The notes: generated from the letters alone by a model not told the origin. A DNA stretch of 64,000 nt from Octopus sinensis (GCF_006345805.1 NC_043006.1:95728001-95792000); one strand, 5' to 3'. Numbered from the stretch's first letter, positions 1-13,286 are shown. Numbers and translations are program-made.

Positions 1-67
1 TTGCTTTCCGTTCACTTGAGATTGTCTTATAAAGTAGCTTACTCATTCCTGTGAATCACTTACTTAC

Positions 68-98
68 TCTTATCGCAGTTGGAAATATATTCAGTCAG
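68..98 (-). CDS. Candidate 31-nt internal coding exon (LTEYISNCDK) of an unidentified minus-strand gene continuing left of the window
   Basis: On the minus strand: polypyrimidine acceptor tttaactctttcacacAG, then 31 nt with only one open frame, then donor GTAAGT (forward acttac 62-67). No homology recognised. Confidence 0.4.
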
Positions 99-296
99 CT
101 GTGTGAAAGAGTTAAACTGTGAAAATATGGAAATATTTCAGTTACATATGTTCTTGCAAGAAATTTATTATGTAGACCACAATCCAATAACCAGAGATTG
201 AATGCATGCAGCCTGTAGTCCTTAATGCGTGTATAGAATATAGGTCCAGAAGAGGGTGTGTTTGTGTGTGTGTGAGAGAGAGAGCGAGAAAGAGCC

Positions 297-327
<31 letters not shown>

Positions 328-562
328 GAGTGAGAGAGATGTAGCTGTTACTTTGGACTGCTTGGATGACCACGTGATAATGGTTTTGCTGCCGTTGATT
401 CTTCTCGATAGAAGCATTGATCATTTCGAAAAATATCGTCCAATCAAATGATTACATGCAGAAGGTTTCTCATACCAATAACCACTTTATTAGAAACTTT
501 CATGTTGATACAGCTAAAACAAGCAAACCCACATATGAGTAACTACATGTGTGTATATAGCG

Positions 563-888
563 AAGGCGTGTGAGCCAGTGGTTAGCTTATTCGGCTCACG
601 GTCGTAAGGTCGTGGGTTCGATCCCCGGCAGCACTGTTGTGTCCTTGAGCAAGACACTTTATTTCCCGCTGCTCCAGTCCACTCTGCTGGCAAGAAAGAG
701 TTGTACCTGGAGTTCAAAAGGGGCCGGCCTTGTCACGACCTGTGTCACGTTGAATCTCCCTGATTGCTATGTTAAGGGTACGCGTGTCTGTAGGGTGCTC
801 AGCCACTTGCTCGTTAATATCACAAGCAGGCTATTCCTTTGATCGGCTCAAGTGGAAGCCTTATCGTCGTAACCGACGGAGTACCAGT
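563..888 (+). mobile_element. tRNA-derived SINE (family C)
   Basis: A-box-like gagccagtggttag, B-box gggttcgatccc, followed by gtgtccttgagcaagacact. The 3' part recurs at 48715-48948. Confidence 0.8.
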
Positions 889-1247
889 ATGTGTGTGTAT
901 GTGTGTGTGTGTGTGAATGAGTCTATAAACAACGGGCACAAGTGAACATTCCGTTCCTCCAACTAAAGATCATGCCAAATTCTCCGTTTTATGACCAACA
1001 GTCTCGTCTTCTGCAGCATTACCGAGCAGTAATGCCTATGATTTTGAAATCCAAACGAAACTTGACGTTTCCTCTCCAGTCTGCACATGCAATCATTTTG
1101 CCAAGCAAGTGGCGGGTCACCACAGATATCAATACCGCTCAAAAAATACTGAATCGCCTGAAACTGCAGTTCAAATAGTGCTGTTGTTTCGGAATCATAT
1201 ACTGAAGCTGAGCACAGTGATGTGAGATAGAGAGTTCTGTCTGATTT

Positions 1248-1460
1248 TGGTTTCAGGTTTTGGCACAAAGTCAGCAATTTCGGGTTAGAGGCTACTCGAT
1301 TATATCGACCCAGTGTTCAACTGGTACTTATTTTATCGATTCCCATATGAGGAAAAGCAAAGTCGACTACTGCGGAATTTGAACTGAGAACGTAAAGACA
1401 GGTGAAATGCCGCTAAGCATTTCGTCCAGCGTGCTAACGATTCCACCACCTCACCGCCTT
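1248..1460 (-). mobile_element. tRNA-derived SINE (family B, Meta/Nin-like central domain)
   Basis: Reverse complement reads aggcggtgag...gttagcacgc...gttcaaattcc...gtcgactttgc...gataaaataagtaccag...ttgtgccaaa, the same layout as the copies at 26017, 39110, 40143 and 47727. Confidence 0.8.
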
Positions 1461-2127
1461 GAAAAACTCGGCCCAATTTTAGAAACAAACTCCTTCAGAC
1501 AGCTTTCCTATTTGCATGAGATAAGTGTATTTCTTTGCATTTTATCAAATAAATTTCTCTGAATATTTTCTGCCTTCGATTTTTCAAGCTTATCGGCGAC
1601 TAGTTCCTCAAGAAATATGTTAGAATTGGTGATGTTTATTATATTTTCTAGTTTATGTTTATTAATGATCGCTTTAGAAAATCGATATTCGGGAATCGGT
1701 ATCTTGTAAATATACGTGAAAACAATTACGTGCATTAAAATTAACCACGTTCAGCTTGCAATGGCAACAGAAAAGACACAAGAAATAAATCCTGAAATTA
1801 CACCAACGATCATTTATAGCAATCATTTCTTTATATTTAGATATGGCTTTATCATTCCCGAAGAAGGAATCCCTTCTTGGACTCCTTCCACTACTGTTTG
1901 TATCTGGCCGGGCGTGGACATGTAGGCCCTAGATATCCCATCGTTGATGGATCTCTGGATTTTGTCCATTATCTTGTAATCCATTCTATCCCACTGACCC
2001 TCCATTTGTTGTCCTTCAGTCGCGAGATGTGACCATCCCATCAATAGTTATTCTTAAATGTTTAATTTTTATGATGCATCCTGTCCCAGGCGCACGTTAC
2101 GCCAGCGCCCGCCATTGTAAGTGACAT

Positions 2128-2435
2128 AGACGAGGTAAACAGATATGTTTACCTGAGAAAGATGATGACGAAAGACGGATATCGCCTACCGGAAATCGAG
2201 AGAATGGCCCTTGGTTGGGTAGCCTTTGGGAAGGTGGAAAACCTCATGAGAAGCCCCACGGCATCCACAAAAATTAAACAAAAGATCATCAACATTCTGC
2301 CAGTAATGAGTTTATGGCAGCGAAGCATGGGCTCTGAGAACTACCAACACGAACGCCCTCACTGTAACTCAGTGGAAAATGGAATGAGATATCACATCGC
2401 GGGACAAGAAGACCAACGCTTGGATTCGCCAGCAT
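2128..2435 (+). mobile_element. RTE-clade LINE fragment (region C-terminal to RT), degenerate
   Basis: Translates as DEVNRYVYL...EIERMALGWVAFGK...ILPVM/YGSEAW, matching the RTE YLG...IALGW.AF...LP...YG.E.W pattern, with frameshifts. Confidence 0.7.
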
Positions 2436-3044
2436 TCTATTAAATCTATTCAACTGAATGCAACGGTTAATATTTTTATGCCTTTATACTGGACTAACTA
2501 TATCTCGACAAGATCCTTAGCTTCTAAGAGGATTGATATATCAATGCAGCGCATAGTTTAATTTTTATCTGATTTTGTCCCTAAAATGGATTGAGGACAC
2601 TCTGCGATAAGGGAGTACAGGGAAAGAAATAAAGGGATTTGCAAATAGAAAAAGATGTTGATTGACAGAACCCAGGGGAATAAGACGATGACAGTAAGTT
2701 TCAGAGAGCAGTAGAATTAGAAAATAAGATATTAGGATAAAAAGGACTTACGACTAACAGGAGACTCAACACAGAAAAGTTACATCTGGGAAGAGAAGCA
2801 AGTGACTCGTTTTAAGAACCTGACAGAGGGGACCAGAAGAAAGTGTATTTGAACAATGACCACGGAAATAATTATAGAAAAGGCACAAAAAAAGTTACAT
2901 TTCAATAGCTGGTGTAATCCTGTCGTGAATCGTTGGTTGAATAGTGCTTTCTTAATATGCTTGGGTCACGTGTTTTATAATTTCTATGGTGTATAAGTGT
3001 CCAAGATCACAACATTCTCCAGAATGGAGTACCTGTCCGTTGCT

Positions 3045-3195
3045 GTATTCAAAGCCAGAATTTTTTGAGGAAAGGAGACAAGCCGAAGATATCGAGCCTA
3101 GGTGTTTGGCTTCTTATTGACCACGAACACATGAAAGGCGAAGTTGACTTCGGGCGGAATTTGAACTCACAACGTATCCTGCCAACTCGCTAGCT
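3045..3195 (-). mobile_element. Family B SINE fragment
   Basis: atgaaaggcgaagttgacttcgggcggaatttgaactc is shared with the other family B copies. Confidence 0.6.
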
Positions 3196-3503
3196 AAGGC
3201 ATCACTGTATAGACCACTAAAAATGTTAGATCTGAACCTATAACCAATAACCAATACTCGATCAATGTCATTGGAAGAAATCCCTGCTGTAGTAAACAAA
3301 GCAGCGTATGAATTTGGTTGCCCAGAGGAAAATTGGCAGCATCGGAAGATGTCGTCCATCAGTGTCACTTGTACGAGTCTCAGCAGGCATCCGACGATGG
3401 ATTATACACATATACGGGCCAAACATATATTGCCTTTATCTTTTTCCTTTTTCTTTCCTTCCTAGAAATGTAAATAGAAAATTCTTGATAAAAAATGCCA
3501 GAA

Positions 3504-3570
<67 letters not shown>

Positions 3571-3575
3571 GTAAT
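3504..3575. repeat. (AAT)n microsatellite
   Basis: Perfect trinucleotide run. Confidence 0.98.
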
Positions 3576-4385
3576 AAAATAGAGAGAATTATTATCGATT
3601 TGCAATGGAATACTATAAAAAAGCATGTTGATTCAAGAGAATGCAACTTTAAAAAACGCGACGATTTGGGATTGTATAATCAAAGAATAATTTTGAATAA
3701 ATTTGTCCCCCAAAGACTGCATATTTTAATATATTCTATATTATATGCCTGCTGTACTCCATTCTGCGTTTCTAATTTTTGAGGTAATTTTTGGTATTCA
3801 AGAACATTCTACCCCCGTCTCCATTCCCCCTTTTATAGCTCCCCGACGATGACGGAATGACTAGCAGCTTCTTATCTTTATGTATATGAGAGCGTGCTTC
3901 GTTTTCTTTTTTTTTTACGATATATTTTCTCTTTCTTCTCTTCTTTGTTATTGAAACTTTTTTTTATTTTCTTCATGCAAGCGATTATACTGTCCACTCA
4001 GACTTCTTTTCTATCGCACTCTCTCTCTCTCTCTCTCTTTCTCTCTCCCCCTCATACATGCATTCACGCAGACATACTTCACCATCTACAAGTTCATCCA
4101 TTTATCAATATTTTTTTTCTTTTACTTCCCTCCTTTGGGTCATCGCCGAGTTTCTATGTTCTTATGTATGTTTCTCTGCGCGTGCTTATGTATGCATTTA
4201 CAAGCCTTTTCTCCCATCTTCCTTAGCTTATTTTTATTCTGAGTTCAGCCAATCGTATGTACCTACATATCAGTCGTCACAACTCGATGCCCTTTATCTA
4301 TTAATCTGTCTGAGGACCCGACTACATATGGGAGAAAACTCCTTAGTAACAGGCGAATTGATCGACCGGAATAAACAATATTTAT

Positions 4386-4540
4386 AGGCGTAGGCGTGGC
4401 TGCATATTAAAAATGTTTACCTCCAAACCAAATGATTCCGGGTTCAGTACCACTGCGTGGAACCTTACACAGCTGTCTTCTACCTCGCGTCAACCAAAGA
4501 CTTGTGAGTGGATTTCGTAGACGGAAACTAAAAGTCCATC
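4386..4540 (+). mobile_element. Family A SINE 5' half (OR-like, tRNA head plus CORE-like segment)
   Basis: ggcgtaggcgtggctg...ggttcagtaccactgcgtgg...gtgagtggatttcgtagacggaaact, as in the full copy at 49311. Confidence 0.75.
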
Positions 4541-4983
4541 ATGTACGCGCGCGCGCGTGTCTGTGTGTGTCTGTGTGTGTGTGTGATGGGGTGTAGAAAG
4601 AGAGAGAAGAGAGAGTGAGATAAAATAAAATATCTTACAAATGAGTTTCACACGATTGTATCTTTCGGGAATAAAATCTTTGTCAAATTATTCTATTTAA
4701 AAGCTACCTTGAACTGCACTTAGCTGTTATTTTTATTCTGAACATATTATGAGCAATTTCAAATAAACATCGTTCTCTCATTCAATCTCTCCAATTTCTC
4801 GCCAACCATTCTTTTTACTTAGTCGTTTTCAGAACGCTATTCTAAATTAGCTCCTTTCCTTTTAGCCAAATATTTCGGTTAATATTTTGAATAAAATATA
4901 AATTCATTTCTCTGGTTTGTAAGAAATTGTAAAACCCAACATGAAAGACGAATTCTCTTGATGAGGCTCTCTTTCCTTTACAG

Positions 4984-5741
4984 TTTCAGGTGGAGCTCTC
5001 TTCGCGGCTTTAACAATTCGAATGGTAAAGCCTCAAGTCCCATACACATTGATCTTCACAATAAAGTTGACTCTAGTTTTGGTGTAGAATCCCAGTATAT
5101 TTCAAATATTCTGATATGGTAGAATTCGTGTTTTATGATAATAACGTATTTTGAAAATTACAGTACATGTTTCGTACACACATGTATGCATGTTCGCTTT
5201 AGTTTCTAAACAAAGATACAAAACTCCACTGTTGGAATTCAGGTAAGAAAAGCGATGTGACATTTTAAACGTGAGAAAAGTTTGGCATATTTTTATTAAT
5301 GTGCGACATACTTTTTCCTAATAATCGGCCTCTGTTATGTTTACACTTCGCAGATGTTTTGATGGGAATATTCTACCATTATTTCCTGTGGTGGTGTCTT
5401 TGTACGTATTTGACAACAGGAGGAGTCTCTATATTTATTCCAGGGGAGTCCTTTTTTATTTCCGAATATCATTGTATATTTCTTCTGCAATGCATGCATG
5501 TATGTATGTATGTATGTATGTATGTATGTATGTATGTATGTATGTATGCATGTATGTATGCATGTATGTATGCATGTATGTATGTATGTATGTATGTATG
5601 TATGTATGTATGTATGTATGTATGCATGTATGTATGCATGTATGTATGTATGTATGTATGTATGTATGTATGCATGCATGTATGTATGCCTAAGTGTATC
5701 TACATACCTACACACCACACTTACATATAGATAGATATAGG

Positions 5742-5782
<41 letters not shown>

Positions 5783-6205
5783 GGATAGATAGATAGATAG
5801 AGATAGGGGAGGGAGAGAGAGATCCCTGAGAGATTAATTTTCGTAGATATGTTTGTGGAAGTATAAATTTGAAGGCAAATATACCCTCTCAGATATAATG
5901 AGTGTGTGCCCCCATCTCCCAGCGGCAATGTGTGCCATCGGTTCAACACATAACCGGCCTTCCGTATTTCCTACGCTACACTAAACTGAGAATTCACGAA
6001 TTATCAAACTTTATGTTAGCAAGTGTTGGACTTACTAACATTAATTAAACTAGCTTAAAACAAATTCCTGATTAAATGAGCATCTTTGTATTCTACAATA
6101 TATTGTTCCTAATATGCACCACTCATCTTTTATCCTATAGTTTCTCCCACCGCCATTTTGTGTAGCTTCACCGCTCTCAACAGCCAGCATATGACATCAT
6201 CGTAG
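4984..6205 (+). CDS. Candidate last four coding exons (4984-5024, 5203-5242, 5354-5401, 6141-6205) of a small membrane protein
   Basis: Each exon has a pyrimidine-tract AG acceptor; the first three end in GT donors (gtaaag, gtaaga, gtacgt). Phases join into xSGGALFAALTIRM-FLNKDTKLHCWNS-DVLMGIFYHYFLWWCL-FSPTAILCSFTALNSQHMTSS*, with AATAAA near 6515. A second frame is also open, so the frame is uncertain. Confidence 0.4.
5490..5800. repeat. (TATG)n followed by (GATA)n microsatellites
   Basis: Tetranucleotide arrays read directly. Confidence 0.97.
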
Positions 6206-6729
6206 CCTCTATCACCTGCATGATCGACTACTTCAAAGCGCAGCAACCGTTTATTCTGTTTGTCTGAGGTTATATTAGAAAAAGTGGTTTCCTCCTCCCT
6301 CGGCAGAAACAGCCATCCGTTTTGTCATAAATAATCACTCGTTTTAAATTAAGACAAAATTCCCCAATTGCAGTTGAGTTTGTCATTTATTTCGGATGTT
6401 GTTTAGCTGCCCGTCACGCTTCAATGAGCCAGCGATTTTCTATCGTAGCAATGTCGATGCGAATTTACTTGCACAGCGTTTAGACAAACTGTATTAAGCA
6501 AAAGCAATGAACAAAATAAAAATAAAAATAAAAATTAAATAAACAAAAACAAAGAACAAATTATATAATATATAACATAATAAAATATTTCGTTCATTTC
6601 ATTGCCAGAACACTTTCTCCTTCTTATTCCTTTTCCTCTATATTCTTCTTATTAATGTTGTTGTTGCCGTTGTTATTGTTGTTGCTGTTATTGCTGTTAT
6701 TGTTATTATTGTTATTATTATTATTGTGG

Positions 6730-6789
<60 letters not shown>

Positions 6790-7394
6790 TGCTCAATTGC
6801 TGAAATGAAAATTCATAAAACAGTATTTTAATAACAGTTGTTTCTCAGATCAAAGGCTTTGATTAATATACGATATCCACCGCTCCACCTTAAAATAAAT
6901 AAAGGTATCGTATGGAGAGCAAAAACAAAGCCAAATCTCAAAGGGAATAAAACAGTGGTTTAGTTTGCAATATCATTCTGGGCACCTAATGATATTTATC
7001 GTTGAGATTATATTGTTGATGTTGGTGTTGTTGTTGTTGGTGTTACACGTTTGCTTCTTTTTTTTTTTCGTATTTCCAGCTAAAAGCTCAATGGCATATT
7101 AAGCTTAAACGAAACCTTAATCTTTATATCGTTATCTGTAACTCTATAAAGCGAAATTAACTCCTAAAATTAGCTCTATATAACATGATATTGAGTTCAG
7201 ACCAGTAACATTAATTCGTTCGGAGCTCAGTTTTTTTTCCCCCCTATTATGACTGAAAGTGAAAGTGATACAAGGAAACCCGTTCTGAAATCTACATGTG
7301 ATTGATTGATGGTGAAAGAGACGGTTAATATGATGATGAGGTGGTGGTGGTGTTTTATATTTATATACACATATACATATATATGTCTTTTATA

Positions 7395-7625
7395 TTTTAT
7401 TTTTTACATGTTTCAGACATTAAACTGGGGCCATACTGCCGCACTGTCGTGAAGAATTCTAGTTGAACAAATCGACCCTAATAAATGTATACTTTTTATA
7501 TACTTGGCACTCATTCTGTCAGACTCTTTTGCCGAACAACTAAGTTACGGGGACGTAAACACACCAACACCGAATATTAAGTGGTGGTAGTGGTGCCATT
7601 GATAAACACAGGCACAAACACACAC
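7395..7625 (-). mobile_element. Family A SINE 3' half, degenerate
   Basis: tttgccgaacaactaagttacggggacgtaaacacacc is the reverse complement of the family A 3' region. Confidence 0.7.
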
Positions 7626-7671
7626 ATATGCATATATATGTAAATATATATATATATATAAGTGTATACAC

Positions 7672-7711
<40 letters not shown>

Positions 7712-7821
7712 CCGTATATATATATATATAAGTGTATGTGTGCGTGTTTTTATGTGCACATGGATGGATTTATGCATGTATATATGTATATGTCCACAAG
7801 CGAACACCATCGATCACTTAC

Positions 7822-8640
7822 CTTTAGAATTCCCTCTCCTGTATTATTGTTCCTGGACGCTCTTCAGTAGACACTTGACCAATAAATGCCCTGGCAGAAC
7901 GACCCCCTACGTTGCTTTCTGTGCGTTGTTTCCCGCATCAGCTTGTAACACATTCTTCTCTGCTTTGTTGTGGAATTAACTCTCGGAGGATATTCATAAA
8001 AGCCTGGTTTGTTTTGATTGTCATTTGAAGTGCTGCTTTCAGAATTGTTGTGTACGTTGTAAATAATTAGACCATTACAAAATGTGAATTTTAATGTTCT
8101 TGTAAGCTCGAGCTTCTAAGCTTGCATCAACCCACGAGCCCAAATGTGAGAAATCCTCTACTTTATCCACCTCATTCATTGTTTACGGATGGCTATCTTT
8201 CTCGTTGTTTTGACCGCGTTTGTATAAAAGGCAGGACGCAACTTGCAATAAAAACGGTAGGGCATGTTCTGCAGTTTCAGATATCAATGCTATCATCAGA
8301 ATCTGTATTTGTGAGAAACACAGCCAGATATTTGTTGGTGCATTCATAGATTATCGATCTCACATACTGTGCATGCTTTTCTTTATGCACTCATTAGCTG
8401 CGAAGTTGCGTTACAGGGAAAAGTTTCTTTAAGACGTCGAATGTGAAAAGACACTGGATATCTCAAATCAGGCGAAACAACTCTCGCCGTCGCTGATCGA
8501 GAACGTTGGCTGTCGATATTTCCTTGTTTTTGCAACGTGTATGTGAGTCACCTCGGAACGAACTGCAATCGCTTGTCTGGTGCATATATGCAAATAGTGT
8601 AAAGTCAATCTGATGATGTGCAGCAGTGATGCACAACGAA
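7822..8640 (-). other. Candidate non-coding (5'UTR or lncRNA) exon ending at a consensus donor
   Basis: Unique, CpG-retaining sequence ending AAG|GTAAGT on the minus strand (forward acttac 7816-7821). All three frames have stops within 45 nt of the donor. The upstream boundary is a guess. Confidence 0.3.
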
Positions 8641-9262
8641 GTAAAACGAATTTGAATTTTGAACTAGCTACAGCGCTAATAAGGAAAAACTACTATGCTC
8701 GCCCGCAGCTTATGAGAGAATAAACTAAACACATAGAGTAAGCGTGTGACATCGATAATCCTTATATTATTGCAGATGTTTATAATTAAAAATTTAATAC
8801 ATACATACGAACACACACATATGCACACACACACACACAAACAGATAAATAGATAGATAGATAGGTAGATAGGTAGATATATATATATATAGAGAGAGAG
8901 AGATAGATAGGCAGACAGACAGATGGATATAGATAGATAGATAGATAGATATAGATAGATAGATATGCACACATATATACACATATGAACACATATAAAT
9001 TTATGTAAGTATGTATCTCTATATCTCGCTTTTGTATCTGGTTTAAAGACTCTTCACGTGAATTCGTATATGTATATACATGAGGTCATATCGAAGAGCA
9101 AGAATTAGTGCTCAACACAGCATTGGTAGGCAAATACACTTTATTTGGGGATTAACAAGGCAACAAAAGTTTTCATGACACCATTGGTTACCATGCTGAC
9201 CCATGATTTCGAGAAGACCTCATAGCAAACGTACAAAACGCATTTGCCATTCAGACTATTAA

Positions 9263-9540
9263 AACAGTTCTATATTTGAGAGATTAGGAATTAAGTACAT
9301 TATTTACATTCTTTACATTATTTACATCTGACGGATATTTGTCCTCATCTTGTTTATTGTAAACACAACATTTCGGCTGATATATCCTCCAGCCTTCTTC
9401 AGGCGTCCTTCTTCAGGTTTGAAATTTCCCCAGAACATCTGAAGAAGGCTGGGGAGTATATGAGGCGAGACTTTGCGTTAATAACAAACAAGATGAGGGC
9501 AAATATCCATCGAATGTAAATAATCTAAATAATGTCTAAT
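9263..9540. mobile_element. Fold-back insertion of the hammerhead SINE (family D) tail, two inverted arms, 7-bp TSD
   Basis: Arms about 9264-9410 (-) and 9415-9535 (+), each with a CTGAAGA-aggctg...GA(A/G)A motif. ctattaa occurs at 9256-9262 and 9541-9547. Confidence 0.8.
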
Positions 9541-9911
9541 CTATTAAGATCTAATTATCTACAATAAAAACACTCATTTACATCCGTCAGTTTTCTCGGA
9601 TTAGACAAACAGCTTTCCAGTGTAAGAAAGTGTAGTAAGACACTAAATGATAGAGATTCGCTTTGTTCAAATCTGTTTCTTCATACAACTGGGTTAGTTA
9701 AGAAGCTGGGGCTTTTCTAATTTTCTATCTCGCATTTGACGTCAATTAATTTAATTAAAATGAGTTCTTTTTCACCTATCCCAATTAACAAATGGAGATT
9801 TTTCATCGACATGTATGCGTGTATATGCATGCATATATGTATATACATATATATATATATATGCATATATGTATTTATATGCATATATGTAAATATATAT
9901 ATATGTATATA

Positions 9912-9989
<78 letters not shown>

Positions 9990-10057
9990 AGCTTACACAT
10001 AAAACATATACATACGCATTCACATATATATATGTACAGATATATACATAAAAAATG

Positions 10058-10088
<31 letters not shown>

Positions 10089-10871
10089 GTATATATATGC
10101 ACACATATCCATACATATATACATATGTATACATATATATGGATATATATATATATATGCACGTATATGTATGTGTGTATGTATATATATATATATATAT
10201 ATGCATATATACATGCCCATACGCATACATATACGCATGTGTGACATACATTTCCTTGTACGAGTGATTGTGTGTTTGTATCATTATATTTGCAGCGAGG
10301 TGAAGCAATTAATGCGAAGTAGAAGCAGACATAGAGTTCTAAATGGGAAAATAAGGCGATAGATGTACTTTACAATACAAATAGAGAAGCAAAAGAAAAT
10401 ACACACACACACACACACACACACCCACACACACACACACGGGGACACACGTACACACAGTCACGCAAGCACATGCACATTTATCCTTACACACAAGACC
10501 CTGATCTCTCCACTTCTTACAAATACAAGAACATTAACGTTTTCTTTTATTTTTAATTATTTCAAGTCTTCCCGTAAGTAAGGAGCTGTTTTCCACAAAT
10601 ATACAAAGCTCCGTCTTTGAAATGTAGACAACAAAAAACAATGTTACATTCCAAACTTGCGAAAAATTTTGCATATCTTTTCTGTTTTACTTTTGCATTG
10701 TATTTGTAATGTACGAGTTTGCTGGTTGATTTGTTTATCTGAAGGTCTTTGTCTTACCTAGGGTGTCACTGAGGTAAGAACACACACTACCAAGTGCATC
10801 GGTAATTATCATTATCTTAGCATGCATACACACACACATATGTATATATGTATATATATATATATATAATA

Positions 10872-10954
<83 letters not shown>

Positions 10955-10957
10955 GAG

Positions 10958-10988
<31 letters not shown>

Positions 10989-10990
<2 letters not shown>

Positions 10991-11566
10991 AATATTAAAA
11001 CTTCTAAGTCTCTCTAAAGCAGACTACGGAAGCGGCACTGGAAATTAACAGTTATCACCAAGCTAATGTGGCAGTCCATAAATATAAGACTAACGCTGCT
11101 GTTGGTTAGCTCCAAGAGGCCATCACCTCTAGCTAGCTATATGACACACGAACCTGTGTCCATTATAACCTTCGAACACGGGAGGTCAGCCGCTTCCCCT
11201 TGATGGTCAGATATCTGCAGACATGTTTCAGGATATTTGCCCCTTATCAATGTAGAGCGGCCATACCCTGCAGGCGTCGCTGCCGACCGTCTGTTCGAAG
11301 GATTATTTACCTAATTTCAGTGGAATATATCCACTGGTTTTCAAAAATAGAAATATTAAAATATCAAAGTGTCTCTAAAGGAGACTACGGCAGCGGTACT
11401 GGAAATTAACAGTTATCCCCTGACCACCAAGGGGAAGCGGCTGACCTCCCCTGTTCGAAGGTTATAATGGACACAGGTTCGTGTGTCATATAGCTAGCTA
11501 GAAGCAATGGCCTCTTGGAGCTAATCATATTTATGGACTGCCATATTAGCTTGGCGATAACTGTTT
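10989..11566. mobile_element. Penelope-like pseudo-LTR derivative with direct and inverted repeats and a degenerate hammerhead
   Basis: Direct repeat 10989-11056 / 11350-11417; inverted arms 11048-11210 / 11420-11565. Minus strand 11215-11255 reads ctaca-TTGATAA-gggg-caaata-tcct-GAAAC-AT-GTC-tgcag. Confidence 0.7.
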
Positions 11567-11689
11567 TAATATATATATATAGTTTCTTTTACAAAAGTCT
11601 CGGGTCGACCAAAGCTTTGTGAGTGAATTTGGTAGACGGAAACTGAAATAGCCCTTCGTATATATATATATATATGAGCACATACCTGT

Positions 11690-12891
11690 TTTAGATTATT
11701 GGATCATTGCAACATATTTTTCTAACTCTGTATAATATTTTGTTTCAGAAAATAATAATGACAATCCCTCAGCTTATTCAAGAAATGAAGAGGCATGCTG
11801 TTATTAGGGTTATAAATGCTGATCATAGCGATTTAGAAATATCTGGACTTCTGCCTACAAAGTTTGCAAGGAGTGAGAGACTGAAGATGGATACGAATTA
11901 CCCGTATTAAAGCAGAAAACGCATACTAAACGCTCTGAAATCATAAGAACACCTGAATTTGTCCAGCAAGTTAAACAGACCATTGATAACAATCCCAGAA
12001 ATCCACGACGTCAATTGCAATGGATCTCCATGTCTCACAAGGAAGAGTCAGAAATGTTGTCCACAACATAATATGTAAGTCTTGTTATGATAGGAAAATG
12101 TCTATTAGTCCGAAACAGCAAAAGAAAATCACTACATGTTATCGAAAGGTTCTTAGACAAACTGAAAAATCCAGTTGAGGATAGGATTTGATTTTACTCA
12201 AACTAGCAAAAATTTCGACCTAGATCAAAAAGTTAACAGAAGAAATTACAGATGGTTATGTGCAGACCCTTCTGAAGTTCGAAGTGTTATGCATACAAAA
12301 TTGCCTGCAACCATCATGGTTTTATGGGTTGTTAGCAATGAATGACATGTGATGCCTCTTTACTTCTTTAAACAAGGCTTTGGAGTTAATTCTGCCGCCT
12401 ACACTGAGGTCCTGGAAACAATTGTTAAGCCCTAGATAGATAGTATATGCAATGAAAAACCCATATGTGTTTCAGTAAGACTCTGCACTATCACACACAC
12501 CTCTAGTAACACAGGAATGGATGGTTGAAAATTTTCATGATCACACAACCCCTAACATTTGGCCTCCTAATTCCCCAGATCTCAATACATTTGACTATTA
12601 CATGTGGAGCGTTGTTGAGAGATTCTTTGAAAGCTGCCATAGCCTTTGAAAACTGCCATAGCCGGAGTAATGTCCAAAATGAACCAGGACCACTTGATTC
12701 GAGCATGTAGAAGATTTAGATCTCATATAGAAGCAGTTGTTAAAACTGAAGTTGGCTTTATTGAATAACATTATAGAAAAGAAGGTTTATTTTTATCTTC
12801 ATAGCATTTTTGATGAATAAATTTATTATCTGTTATTATATATCTGCTATTTATAAGCATAAATCTGTCCTCAAATATATTAAGCACCCTG
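11690..12891 (+). mobile_element. Tc1/mariner-superfamily transposon relic (DD37D/maT-like)
   Basis: Fragments VFQ*DSA and WPPNSPDLNTFDYYMW (about 12468-12606); right end ...taagcaccctg|TA; many stops and frameshifts. Left TIR not found. Confidence 0.8.
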
Positions 12892-13046
12892 TATATAGAC
12901 GCAGGCGTGGCTATGTGGTAAAAAGCTTGCTTCCCAGTCACATGGTTCTGGGATCAATCCCTCTATCTGGCATCTTCTACTATAGCCTCGGGTCGATTAA
13001 AGCCTTGTGAGTAGATTTAGTATGCGGAAACTGAAAGAAGCCCGTC

Positions 13047-13080
<34 letters not shown>

Positions 13081-13286
13081 AGTAAAGGTAATAAACCTCA
13101 TTAAGGGATCATAAATCCAACGAAAATAATGGTTAGTTATCAATATATAGAAAGATCAACTATAAGGTAACCATATAAACCATGATTAATATATGAGAGA
13201 GAGAGGGAGAGAGCGACAGAGGGAGAGAATAAGGAGAAAATAGATAGGTGATTATTAAAATTATTTATTAATTACTTGCAGGAATA

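Noticed and set aside
5225-5401. Resemblance of C..S.......Y....WW spacing to GPR143 TM3
   Set aside because: Too few identities, recalled from memory, and the predicted protein stops soon after, which is incompatible with a 7TM receptor.
8610-8645. CTGATGA-tgtgca...tgcaca hairpin resembling a hammerhead
   Set aside because: Followed by acGAAG rather than GAAAC, and no helix I or III pairing was found.
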